Source: Okamejei kenojei (lineage: Eukaryota). From it: a stretch of DNA of 64,000 nt. This document shows, one piece after another, positions 51,332-64,000 of the stretch. A program made the translations under genes and the position numbers. The DNA lies in assembly GCA_035221665.1 (NCBI GenBank), contig CM069141.1, positions 66,278,001 through 66,342,000 of the forward strand. Reading direction: 5' to 3'. Numbering within the stretch: position 1 is the first letter of the stretch; each line of letters begins with the position of its first letter. Under the pieces are notes generated by a model, which was not told where the DNA came from, searched no databases, and saw only the letters and a program-made list of their open reading frames with translations.

Positions 51332-54300
51332 TTTGCACCTTTCATCATTTAATATAGTTGCTTTAAGTTGTCCCGTAGTCTCTGATGCTCCAGAGAAATG
51401 TACAATTGAATAAGTTAATATGTTAAAATGTAACATAACTCCTTTCAATATCAACTTGATTTCCTGCCCTATTATCTTGAAGTTAAAGGGATCGTGCCAG
51501 CTATTTTCAAACAGCTGCTGCTTCTGGGTGGCTGAGCTGTTAGTGGATGAGGTCCAATCACTTATAGACTCATAGAGTTATAGACACATTTAATTCAGAA
51601 TCAGGCCCTTTGGCTGTGCCGACCACCAGCCAACCAGTTACTCAGTTCCAACTTTAATCCCAGTTTTTATATTCTCCCCACATTCTCATCGAATCTGCTC
51701 GGATTCTACCCTTCAGTTATACACAAGTGGTAATTTACAGAGACCAACTAACCTACCATTCTGCATGTCTTTGGTATGTGGGAGGAGACTGGAGCACTCA
51801 GGAAGGAAAAGCAATATGATAGGTCTCCAGTGAAGTTGGCCACCCTGCTTCTCAAAGCAATTTCGTGATGACTTTGCTGAGGAGATTCCCGGCCAGCTTT
51901 CCAGACACAAATACTCTGTGCTTCCATTTTCACCTTAATGTGGAAACAGTCCCAAGTAAAAGACCCTCACTTCTGCCAGCTCATCAACCCTTAAAACTCC
52001 CCTGGTGAATTTCTTGCAATCTAAAAATGCATTTGTAGATAGAAATCAGTGCATGTGACAATAATAATTCTATACTTAAACCTAAACCATACTCATCAAC
52101 TCTCCTATATTCTACCATTCACCTACACCTGGGGCAATTTAAATTATCAAGGTAAGCCGCCAATCCATTATTGTACTGTCCTAAAGTGTAAATGGCTCGA
52201 TTGTAATCATGTATTGTTCTTCAGCGGACTGGATAGCATGCAACAAAAAGCTTTTTGCTGTACTTCAGTACACGGGACAATAAACTAAACTAAAACTAAA
52301 ACAATCCACACATCTTTGGGATGTGAGATGAAACTGGAACACCTGTAGGAAACCCACGCGGGCCACAGGGAAAATGGGCAAACTCCACACAGACAGCTCC
52401 AAAGGTCAGGGCTGAACCTGGGCCTCTGGCACTGAATCGGCAACTCTATTAGCTCCATCCTTGTGACTTCCTAACACAGCCCTTAGTAAGAAGTAGTTTT
52501 CTTGCCCCACCCCCCAAGACCCCATGAAATGTTAAGAGTTCAACAAGAGGAAGGTGAAGTGTTTGAGCTGGTCTCTTATTCACAAACTTGACTGTTATGG
52601 ATATGCTTTTCTGTAGACAGAGTAAGAAAATATAAAAAGCACTGATGGGAAGTTACAGGTCAAACAATTGTCGCAGCATAATTTATTTACCTTGAAATGT
52701 ATGGAAATTTATCCTAGATAAAGAATAATTTCAAAATCGTATGAGGTTGTATACTGGACCATTTTATGTTGCATGAAAGGAAAGATATATATTTTCCTGA
52801 GCAAATGAATTCCATCACAGACTGAGAGATAAATTCATGCCATGTGTTCATAATTATTTGTGACTCACATTAGCCCTGTCTCATATACACCCTGATCTAG
52901 AGGGGGTGTTTTAATAATGTGCCGCTTAGGGAAACAAGCTCTCCCTCCTACTCTTTCAGAAGATAGAGAAGGAGACCTTGAAAGAGAAGAATCATGCTTG
53001 ACCCAGCTGCGACAGTTCAGGAGGCAATCAGTATGTTTGCAACGGTCAAATTACCAGCTTCGCAGCTGTTCAAGAGAGGGGGAAAAAAAGCCCAAAGGCT
53101 TCTTGAATTAAAGGAATGAGTATGCAGACTGGAGAGGGTTTTAATGCAGCACCATAATGATGGGCTGTGTCAAGACATAGTGAGAGAAAAAAAAGAACCG
53201 AATATTTTGCTTACAGTTGAGGGGGGAATTCATCATTCCTTGCCTGTGGAAAAGAAGTAGGAAGAGCATAATAAAGTGTGCAGCCCAGTAGCTCAGTGAT
53301 CGGAGAACTTTAAAGAAGTGAGTTGTGAAATAGGTTAACATATTATTGGCCCACGAGTGTTCAAATATGATCCAAACTAATCAGTCGAAAGCTTTTGCTG
53401 TTCCGTTGGGTACATAGGTCTGGAGACCTTAAGATGAAATTACTTGCGGGCAGATTTGACCCATTTCTTGGTGCTCTGAACACAACTTGTTACGAGTATC
53501 GTTGAGTCATTTTGATAAGCTATAACATCAACTTTCATAGTTTCAGGTTCCTTAAAAAAGTTGTTCCCCCTTTTGGTGATTGATCTGGACTCCCTAAGGA
53601 CGAGCTATACACCCTGCAAAATGTCACAAGCATATTCCAATTTATTGTAGAATAATAATTTAATTTACTTGACAAAACTGCACTGGAAACTACATGTATT
53701 CCCAATATCTGTCAAAATATTTGAAAATGAAATTGAATGTTTGGGATTTAACTCACTATTCATATCCAGACGACTTTAAAATAAATTCATGCAGCAACAT
53801 TAAATGCCTTTGATAGAAATCAGCCATTTTTTGCTTAATAATATATTGTTCACTAATTGCTACCTCAGCAGTATTTTTCATTTTTTGAGTCATTCCTCTA
53901 TTAGTATACAAAGCCTGGGGTTTTGTTACTGAGTACTTCATTTTAATATGCTCAGGGTTGGCAAGGACTTTAACGCTTTCCTGCTTTAACACTTTGCCCT
54001 TTGAAGTCAAAGTTATACCCCACACTTGAGTGAATTGATCGTATATTGACCATATTATTTTTAATACGTCCTTTTAAGATTTGTCTGTGATTTATGTGAT
54101 AAATTGTAGGGATAAATTGCTGTGCATTTCTGAAAAGGAGTATCTATTTTTTAAATGCAACTGTACTAACAGCCTGCTGTATGCGCGGAACTCGATTAGT
54201 TCAGCATCTATCTGATGGTTTGGGAATCCAGATGGTCCAGAGTCCATCAACTGTGCTTTGTATTCTTTGCCAAGCAAAAAAATGTTATTTTTGTCACAAA

Positions 54301-54815
54301 ACTGTTATAGCACAGGAATAAATTATTGGAAAAATTGCCCAGGCACTGCTAACTTCTTCAGGGAATGGGGTATCTAAATAACTTTCAGCAACATCAAAGG
54401 AGAAATACCCAAGTAACACAGCATAGCTCTGCCCTTAAAATAACACCATCAGTTCATCCATTGCCCATGAAACAGCCCATTATATATTTTTCTGTACCAT
54501 AAATATATTGTAAGGTAAATGCAGTAAAGATAAATATTTTGTGATATTGTGTTTACATCAGAGTAGAGGAATAGAATAGTTATTAAGTCATCGTGCCACT
54601 TTGATTTAGCCCACTTCAGTGCATCAGACACAGCAATCAGTGGACTGAAGATCACTGTTAGAGGAAATGTGTAATTCATAGCCTAGGTACCTGCAAATTG
54701 TTAGGAGGCTGCACTGCGCTGAAGGCAGATTTACTGATGAGAGGAAGTAAGTTTGCAGATTTGGGAATGCTGCGCTCTTGCATTAGTCTGACGGAGTTAA
54801 AAAAGGCACATAACA

Positions 54816-56017
54816 TCTATACAACTAAAAGTCTCATCTTGACTACTTCCTGTCTGCGCTGTATATTGATTTTAGAAAAAACGCTACCCCATATCGCTAT
54901 GATTTTTGGCCACCTTACTCACAGTCCTCCTCCACTGAGGCAGTCCCGAGGATTTTTCCGATAGATGAAAAATATAAAAGTTATGAGTGTTTAAGAAATC
55001 TTAAGATCAGCGATTGGTCCTCTCGCCTGTCAATCACCATGATGAAGGTAACGCCCTTTCCCGGAGGGTGTGGTGGCAGGACTATAAAACCCTGGATGCC
55101 TGGACGTGAGTCAGTCACTCTGGAAGATCGCGAGGGAGAGGCCACAACTGTGATTCTAAGCTGTGAATCAACTGAACTGTGAGTCTGCCATGTACTTGCA
55201 ATAAATGATTTGTTAGCCCTTAATGAACAAGGGCTAACGAGTTGCAATAAATGATTTGTTAGCCCTTTTACTGAGAGGTAAAACTCAGAGGTTTTAAACT
55301 GAGAGGTTTTAACTCAGATTTTTTTAAGATCCCCTTCGGCCCCTCAGGCCTGTACTAGCCCAGGAGGAGTCACTTTTGCCCATCAGTAATTATTCCCCTG
55401 CAAGTATTAAACCTCACCCCAGTATTTTTCTCCATCCCTTCATTGGCTCCCTGTGAGATCCAGGCCAGGCTGGACTTTCCTCCTTCATTGCTGTGATCTG
55501 CAGAAAAAGATGAAAAATGTCTAAAATTGATTCTCCACCCTCTCCCACTTCTCTCTCACACGGTCTCTCACCTGTTTTGGGCAAAATTTCTGGCCATTTC
55601 TGAGCTGCCAGCCCACTAGTCCTGAGTGACTGAGCCTCCAGCCCACCAGCCCTGAGTGACTGAGCTGCCAGCCCACCATGCCAGAGTGACTGAGCTGCCA
55701 GCCCAGGCAGGCCTGAGTGACTGAGCTGCCAGCCCACCAGGCCTGCGTGATTGAGCTGCCAACCCACCAGGCCTGAGTGACTGAGCTGCCAGCCCACCAG
55801 GCCTGAGTGACTGAGCTGCCAGCCCAAGAATCCATTCAGCCCAAAATGTCCATACTAGCCCTCTGGAAACCCGTCCCTTCGGCCCACAACACCCATACTA
55901 GCGCTCCAGAAAGCCCCCCCCCACCACTGGCCACCAATATTGGAATTAGTGGAGAGGTGAAATATAGCGTTGCCCTCCCATGTGAACATGGGACCCAACG
56001 GGTCCCACTTAGCCTAG
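54816..56017 (+). mobile_element. Non-autonomous Helitron
   Basis: A|TCTATAC 5' end; 3' hairpin tgggaccc-aac-gggtccca (55989-56007) followed by CTAG|T; no TSD. Confidence 0.75.
55600..55826. repeat. 30-bp minisatellite (about 7.5 units) inside the Helitron
   Basis: ctgagctgccagcccaccaggcctgagtga repeated in tandem. Confidence 0.95.
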
Positions 56018-56967
56018 TGATCTTTATATGCACGTTTCACAATGTTTCTTTGCTTCGACAGTGCATGCCGGACCTCATTTAAAGCCAGTTAGTCAATATA
56101 GAAAGTAGAGCATAGGGCATAAGAAAAAGTTCTTCACCCCACACTATCTGTGCCAGAAATGATGCCGTTCAATAAATCTCCTCTGCCTGCATGTGATCCT
56201 TCCATTTCCTGCATATACACGTGTCTACCGAAAAAACCCTGAAATGTCACTATTGTATCTGCTTGCACCACCACCCTTTGCAATGAGTTGCAGACATCCA
56301 CCACACTGTGTAAAAAAAAAAAAGTTGCCCACACTATTGGTTATGAGATTGGAGGGAGATATAGATCAGCCATAACTGAATGGTGGATTAGACTTGATGG
56401 GCCGAATGGGCTAATTCTACTTCTATTCCTTATGACCTTATGAATTTTAAATTTAAATTTAAATCTTCTATAATCTAGCCTGCCAAACCTCTTCCTACAG
56501 CTCAAGCCCTTGTGTCCTGGCAACATCCTCGTAAATCATTTTTGTACACTTTCCAGCTTAATGGCATCCATTCCATAGTCGGCTGACTAAAACTGAACAC
56601 ACTGTTTCAAGTGCAGCCTCACCAAAGTGTTGTACAACGGTTTCATAATGTTCCAACTTCACTACTCAGTTCCATGACTGTTGAAGGTCAATGTGCCAAA
56701 ACCATGTCTATCTGCGCACCACCTTCAGGGAACTATGCACAAACTCCTAGATCCCTCTCCCCTGCAACACTCGCCAGGGGTTACTGTTGGCTGTGAAGTC
56801 CTGCCCTGGTTTGACTTCCCAAAATTTAACACCTCGCACTTATCTAAATTCAACTCTCATTCAACGCCTTTCCTCAGCCCCTGATCCCTCTGTGAAGCTA
56901 TCCATGAAGCACAGAATGAGCAGCAATCAATAAATTACAGATTAGCATTAATAAGTAGCATAGGATT

Positions 56968-57386
56968 GTACACACTGGAGTTTAGAAGGATGAGGGGGCA
57001 TCTTATAGAAACATATGTAATGATAAAAGGACTGGACAAACTAGATGCAGGAAAAATGTTCTGAATGTTGGGCTAGTCCAGTACCAGGGGCCACAGTCTT
57101 AGAATAAAGGGGAGGTCATTTAAGACTGAGGTGAGAAAAAACTTTTTCACCCAGAGAGTTGTGAATGTATGGAATTCCCTGCCACAGAGGGCAGTGGAGG
57201 CCAAATCACTGGATGGATTTAAGAGAGAGTTAGATAGAGCTCTAGGGGCTAGTGGAGTCAAGGGATATGGGGAGAAGGCAGGCACGGGTTATTGATAGGG
57301 GACGATCAGCCATGATGACAATGAATGGCAGTGCAGGCTCGAAGGGCCGAATGGCCTCCTCCTGCACCTTTTTTCTATGTTTCTAT
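56968..57386 (+). mobile_element. HER1/CR1 LINE 3' fragment
   Basis: YTLEFRRMRGHLIETY...TRGHSLRIKGRSFKTEVRKNFFTQRVVNVWNSLPQRAVEA. Confidence 0.9.
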
Positions 57387-57688
57387 AATGTTACTTGTGT
57401 TGCTATCTCAGCTTCAGCAGCTCAGGTCTGCTCTCTGCATAAAGCTACATGATCTCCATGTGACAACCTATATTTCCCTTTGGGTGCTCCTGTTTGGTTC
57501 CTGGTAAATAGCCCCTTGTGCAGTGTCTATGGTAGAATTGACGGGAATATGGGGAGAATAGGTTATAACAAAGACTTAAGGGGCCAAAAGGGTCTCCTTG
57601 AACGTCATAATATGAAAAAGAATTACTTTGGCAATCCATGAAATGATGCAACAGTAATGCCCTTGGAGAACAAGGCTATGTGGAGAAG

Positions 57689-57889
57689 AGAGACACAAAA
57701 TGCTGGAGTAACTCAGCACGACAGGCATCTCTGGATAGAAGGAATCGGTGACTCTTTGGGTCGAGACCCTATTTCAGACCCGAAGCGTCGCCCATTCCTT
57801 CGATTCAGAGATGCTGCCTATCCCGCTGAGTTACTCCAGCATTTGGTGTTTGTCTTTGGTGTAAACCAGCATCTGCAGTTCCTTCCTAC
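57689..57889. mobile_element. Fold-back mini-PLE
   Basis: TSD acaaggctatg(tg/ca)gagaag at 57670-57688 and 57890-57908. Confidence 0.85.
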
Positions 57890-58537
57890 ACAAGGCTATG
57901 CAGAGAAGCCATACCACCCTACTGCAGGATTCCAAATGTAATTGGACACCTGCATGGAAGTTTGGACAGTACTGAACATCAGAACTGCTCTTATTTTTTA
58001 TCCAATGCACCCCCATGTGCAAATGCTTGTAATCTTTGCCGATACAGGTACCTGCTGAGCATTGGTGTATCAATGAGGTAACGGGTGGCTTAGTTAACAG
58101 TGTTAACAACAAAATTACTTTCCTTTGAGATCAGCAATGCCAGCATGGAAGGGTTGTATATCTCTACAAGTCTGCCAGCATCTGAAAAAAACATGTCGCT
58201 TTTCATGCCCGAATATCACCATTCGCCTTCTGTTAATAACAGTCGCAGTTGGTGTATATTTAGGTTTTATTTGTTGCCTTAAATGGCATTTTGTGAAAAG
58301 GTGCCAAGGTGTGGATTAGGAGATGGGTGACGGAGAAAAGGGAGGTGGTGGGGATCGCTGAGAGCACCGGAGCATTAGCTGGAGTTGGCTGAAGGGGAGC
58401 AGGTGGATAGAATGGCAGGAACGCTTGGGATAGGTGAGGTTGAGGGAGGGAAAGCTTGAGAAACACTGGCTAGTTGATGAAGAAGAGGTTTATAATTCCC
58501 TATGACAGGGGTGGATGCAAGATGGATGGAAAAAATA

Positions 58538-58618
58538 TGAGTGAGTGAGTGAGTGAGTGAGTGAATGAGTGAATGAGTGAATGAGTGAATGAGTGAGTGA
58601 GTGAGTGAGTGAGTGAGT
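58538..58618. repeat. (GAGT/GAAT)n microsatellite
   Basis: Direct inspection. Confidence 0.95.
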
Positions 58619-59768
58619 TAGGTATGTTACAAAACTTACCTTCAGCGGCGCTGCAGTTCTGTCACTGCCCGTGTGCGCGACTTTGGCGCCTTTGAGAGGG
58701 GGGCGGGTTTAAAATGCCATTTTCTCCAGCCTGTTCAAATCGATCTTTGTCAGTCTGTTTGGTTGCTGAAGAAAAATCACTCTGACGTACGTTCTCTGAA
58801 GTTTTTTTTAAACTACACTGGATAATTTAATAGCAGGAGTAAATTAAAAGGCGTCTTCTAAAGCCGTCAATGCCGACAACAGGACGGATCTCACGTACGG
58901 GACAAAGCAAGGTACGCCGTTTATTTTTACATATAAACATGCTTCTTAGGATGCCTTTAATCAAAATTTCATGTTGCGAAAAGGTGACAGGCCCCATACG
59001 AACCGGCAGTATTTTTCCTGCCGATATGGGGTTTAAATGCAACACAAATGCAACGTTCCAAACGACCGCGTTCCACAAAATCCCACGATTTAAATGGCCA
59101 TTCATTTACGGGAATTAAACACTAAATTCCTTCCATTTGGCCTATAAATTCATGACAATGAGATTTAAAAATCATGTCCCTGTGTGAATGTTATTTGGAC
59201 ACTTAGGCTATTTAAAAATGTTAACCTTTTCTTAAGAAATGGATAGATATTTAGATCTAGTAATTGAATTTTGTAATTAGCTACAATTAGGTAACTAACT
59301 AATTATATGCTTTACTTTCAGGTCATCCAAGTAAGATTGTTTCATTTCTGAAGAAGGGTTTCGGCCCGAAGCGTTGCCTATCTCCTTCGCTCCATGGATG
59401 CTGCTGCACCCGCTGAGTTTCTCCAGCATTTTGTGTAAACCCTCGATTTTCCAGCATCTGCAGTTCCTTCTTTAACAAGATTGTTTCATATTTGTTTCAA
59501 AATGCTTCAATCTATAATAACTGAACATTTCCTTCAGTTCTCTTAATTTTTAATAAAGTTAGGGGCTTTTGACTGTCCTTGATCACAGCTTTTGAGTTAA
59601 GTCAATGGAAAAGCAATAGGGAACAAGGTGCTAATTTCCGAGTTTGAACATGGCTATAACTTTTTTAATACTGAAGATATGAAAGTGAATTAGGTATCAA
59701 ATTGAACTTATTTTTATGCTTTATCTGATGGGATAAATTGCAGACTTGATTTTTAAAATCTCAAAATG
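58618..59768. mobile_element. Non-autonomous DNA-transposon-like element (same family as 10864-11814), running into the gap; mini-PLE nested at 59346-59476
   Basis: Reverse-complement homology to 10870-11760; nested insert TSD aagattgtttcat at 59333-59345 and 59477-59489. Confidence 0.65.
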
Positions 59769-60831
59769 NNNNNNNNNNNNNNNNNNNNNNNNNNNNNNNN
59801 NNNNNNNNNNNNNNNNNNNNNNNNNNNNNNNNNNNNNNNNNNNNNNNNNNNNNNNNNNNNNNNNNNNNNNNNNNNNNNNNNNNNNNNNNNNNNNNNNNNN
59901 NNNNNNNNNNNNNNNNAAGCTTTATTGGAATTCCTTTTTGTCACATATCACGGGTCCATTGTTCTACCCCTCCCCCCTCCCGGTGGTTCCCCCGCACCCT
60001 CATTGACGGCCGACCGTGGGTTGACCCGTGAGACTTCACCGCCGTTGGCAGCATGGCCCCACTGCCGCCTCACAACCCAGGCAGCTCAAGTGTCGCAACA
60101 TGCTGGTGCCGGCAAAGTTACAAAAGTACCGATCGGTGTCGACACTACTGTGCAGTTCAGCTTTGGGGGAGCCAGTGATTATGTCGCTTGATCAGAGAAT
60201 TTTGGCATATTTATGAGATCAGCCTCTGATTTGACCTGCTTTGAGCCATCTCAACTGGGAAGACGTGTTTTCCCGTTTGTGGGAAATCTGGCAGCTGAAG
60301 TAAGACAAGGAAATATTCTGGAAGAAGGTAATTTCCTTCACAACACTGGTTGGATAAGAAGGACTACGTCCCCGTCTCCCACATCCGAGCTTTACTTCCT
60401 CTATGAGGGATCCATTATAAAATCAGGATTGGGCCACCATCAATTCTATGGGTTGACAACTTTGGAATAGGGGATCATCCTTCTGGTCCAACAGAATTGG
60501 GAATCAGAAGTACAGCTAGCCCTCGTCCAGAATCAGGGTTTGGACTTTAGGCTCCGTGATCAGGGGAAAATGGAGGAGGACTGGCCAAATGTTGTGCCTT
60601 CCACCACAGTGATGAATGCTGTGGTGGATGTTTGTGTTAAATTTTTATTTTTATTGTGTATTGTGTGTTCTTTATCATTGTACCGCTGCAGGCAAATTCA
60701 TTTCACTTGCAACTTTATGTGCAATGTGACGAATAAAACCATATTGTATTGTATTGTATTGTATTGTATTGGGAAGCTAAAGCTGGTTCTGGAACTTCCC
60801 CACTCACTAGGGAAACAAATCTGACAATCAG

Positions 60832-61069
60832 AAGATAGACACAAAAAGCTGGAGTAACTCAACGGGTCAGACGGCATCTCTGGAGAAAAGGAATGGATGA
60901 CCTTTCAGGTTGAGACCCTTCGTCTTCACCATCATCTGATGAAAGGTCTCGACCTGAAACGTCACCTATTCCTTTTCTCCAGAGATGCTATCTGACCTGT
61001 TGAATTACTCTAGCATTTTGTGTCTATCTTCAGTCTAAACCAGCATCTGCAGTTCATTGTTATACAAAG
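60832..61069. mobile_element. Fold-back mini-PLE
   Basis: TSD tctgacaatcag / tctgacaaccag; core ctgatgaaaggtctcgacctgaaacgtc at 60936-60963. Confidence 0.85.
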
Positions 61070-61754
61070 TCTGACAACCAGCTTGACTTCCCACTGCAGT
61101 ATTAAACTCCACCCGATGTGGAGGCCAGATTATACATCCATAATCCCGTTTCCCTGTTTACAAAACCGGACATGTATTATCCAGTTTAATTATAACCAAG
61201 CCCAATATCACAGTAATGGAAAGGAGACCTGGATTTGGCACGGTTTTCCAGTTGAGGTGATCGATAACTGGATCAAGTACCTTCCGGTTACTCTAGCTCC
61301 TGAACTCTGGAATCCTGTGTTGTTCACCTCACCCCAATGTTCAATGGATAACTGTTGGCCATATGTTACATCAGCACACTCTCTAAAAATTGTCTAACAA
61401 CTAGGAAGCCATGGAATGAGGAATCAACCAAATTCTAAGTATAATGATGAGGAATTTACAGTATGCCCATTGATCTAAAATTAACGATGCTCTGGCTTTG
61501 GTTCAAGATATCCATTTATCTAGAGCAGCTCCATTTAATAGACTTGTCATTCAGATCTCCTGAGGGACTTTCACAAACTATCTACACCTCTCATTACAGT
61601 CTATGATCTGTCCACTGTAGAGGTTTATTCCAACCAAAGACAAATATGTCCGTGAGATTTTCCCAGCAGCAGATTGTTGGAATCCTCAGAGAAATGTCAC
61701 AGCAGCTAGGAACTGTCACTTATGCCATTTCTCTCTAGTTAAGTCGTACAATAG

Positions 61755-62085
61755 GTCATAAGGTCATAAGGAATAGGAGTAGAATTAGGCCATTCGGCCC
61801 ATCAAGTCTACTCCACCAATCATGGCCGAAGAAGGGTCTTAACCCAAAACATTGCCAATTCCTTCTCTCCATAGATGCTGCCTCACCCGCTGTTTCTCCA
61901 GCATTTTGTGTCCACCTTCAATTTTACCAGCATCCGCAGTTCTTTCTTAAATGGCTGATCTATCTCTCCCTCCTAACCCCATCCTCCTGCCTTCTCCCCA
62001 TAACCTCTGACACCTGTACTAATCAAGTGTCCATCCATCTCTGCCTTAAAATTATCCACTGACTTGGCCTCCACAGCTTTCTGCC
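61755..62085 (-). mobile_element. CR1 3' fragment interrupted by a mini-PLE (about 61829-61951)
   Basis: CR1 3' end split at atggc. Confidence 0.78.
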
Positions 62086-63417
62086 ATTAGCTTAACATTA
62101 GCCAAATCTAGCTTGCACTCGTACCATCACTGAGTCCCCGACTATTCTCTCTGCCCACATTATGCCAGTGTTCACTTCCCATCCAGTGCTCGGACAACCA
62201 AGAGCTTTGTTATTCTGACTTTAAAAAGCAACCCATTTTTTCCAAATAGGCACATACTTTTAAGTTGTCGTGAAATCAAACTAACAAATTCATGCTGTCA
62301 CCTCCAAGTTGTCTTTCCCTAGTGAAAAAAAATCAACATTCATATAAATCATTTTATTTTATTTATTCACTACTTTGAACTATTTTCAACTATTCATCAT
62401 TGTGGTTCTGATCCAATAGCTTCTGGAAGTAAAAAAAAACAATGAGGAAGAACATCACAAGCTCAGGAGCAGGCCAGTTCACCCTTCGGCCCACCACCAT
62501 TCAATGTTTTCACCCATTCTCCTCTCATCCCTTGGCTTCCTTGTGGTTGAAATATCTTCCAATCTCTACCTTGAACATGTATACATGTTACTCATGTACA
62601 CTATGATTGGATTGGATAAACCAATACCAATAACAATATGGTTAACAATTCTGCCTCCACAAATCTCTGGAGTTATGAATTCCGGAGATTCATGAATCCT
62701 TAAATCAGAAATTCCTCTTCATGTCCTTCTGGGAGAAGAACTCCTCCTCATCCCCATATGAAATGGTTGATCTCTTAGTCTGAAACCGTTCCCCCTAGTT
62801 CTAGAAATCCCATGAAAGTATCTCAGTATCAACAATGCTAACCCCCCCCCCCTTCGGAATATAATATGTTTAATAAACTCATCGCTCAGCTTCTAAACTC
62901 CAATGAATATAACAACTCCCGTCAATCTGTTCAACCTTACTTCATCTGCCAACCCTTTCATTCCAAGAATCAATCCAGCGAACCTTCTCTGCACTGCCTC
63001 CAAAATGAATGCAGCCATAGCTCTGAACATTACTTTGGTGATTATTACAAGCTTACTGTCCGGTTGGCAAACTCATGGAAATGTTCTTGCCTAATATTGC
63101 TAAGATATATATTTGTATTTGCCACATTGTCATGCAGATGTCAGCCTTGGATAATTAGCAAGATATGTTGGTTCAGAAGTACAGTCCTTCAGGCAGCATG
63201 TTCATGGTTTAAAAACCTTTACTGTATCCAATGCTCTCTAATATCATTATAGTGCCTACATCAACGATCTCTTCTGGCAGCTTGTTCCATATACCCGCCA
63301 CAGTCAATGTGAAAAAGTTGCCCCTTAGGTTCCAAGTAAACCTTTCCCCTCTCACCTTAAAACTATATCCTCTGCGTTTTGATTCCCCTACTCTGGGTAA
63401 TAGATCCTATGCATTCA

Positions 63418-63565
63418 GAAGATAGACATAGAATGCAGTATCTCTGGATAGAAGGAATGAGTGAAATTTCAGGTCGAGACCCTTCTTCAGATTGAAGAAG
63501 GGTCTCGACCCGAAACGCCACCCATCCATTCTATCTGAAGATGCAGCTTGTCCCGCTGAGTTACT
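63418..63565. mobile_element. Fold-back mini-PLE with head-to-head cores
   Basis: ggtcgagacccttcttcagattgaagaagggtctcgacccgaaacgcc. Confidence 0.78.
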
Positions 63566-64000
63566 TGCATAGCTACATGGATAGGTACATGGATAATTTG
63601 GATAGGTTCATGGATAGTAAGGTTCAGTAAAATGTGGGCTAAACGCAGGCAGTTGGGATTAGCATAGATGGGGCATGTTGGTCAGCGTGGACTAGTTGGC
63701 CTGTGTATGTGCTGTATGTCGCTCTGACTATGACTAACTCAAATTAGCTGAAAGATGGATTTTGTTTGTGGGGAGTTTTGGAGGAAGCTGGGTTTCATAA
63801 AGATATTTCTGTTGGCTAAAGATGTTTGAGAAACCTCCAACCTTATCTTTGGAGAAGGACAGATGTCTCAGAAGGTTTTAAGCAAGAGGTTGCAGACTAG
63901 CGGTGGGACAAATCCATGGAGGGATCAGCCAACATAGATGATCATTTTTAAAACAAGTAATTACTTGCCTTGGATCAAACATATTTCTACGAAGAAATGG

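Noticed and set aside
55414-55835. ORFs with GWQLSHSGLV repeats; superficially CRISPR-like array
   Set aside because: Translation of a 30-bp tandem minisatellite with no unique spacers, in a vertebrate context

Overview
This is a repeat-dense stretch of a vertebrate nuclear genome. The HE1/V-SINE, HER1/CR1 and Penelope families present point to a cartilaginous fish, most likely a skate or ray (inference). There are two N gaps (28954-29167, 59769-59916). I could not identify any host protein-coding exon; nearly all listed ORFs are chance or repeat-derived. Recognisable content: about 30 short Penelope-like (PLE) modules carrying a minimal type-I hammerhead ribozyme core; a PLE GIY-YIG remnant; a 5'-truncated DIRS1-like retrotransposon; a non-autonomous Helitron; a 3.4-kb hAT-type element with long hairpins; Harbinger-type MITEs; a probable solo LTR; and many CR1, Rex1, L2 and RTE fragments. 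The most interesting signal is the hammerhead-bearing mini-PLE family. It forms TSD-flanked fold-back insertions with a one-arm-only ~35-nt tail, and appears to carry foreign upstream cargo. Coordinates of degenerate repeats are approximate.
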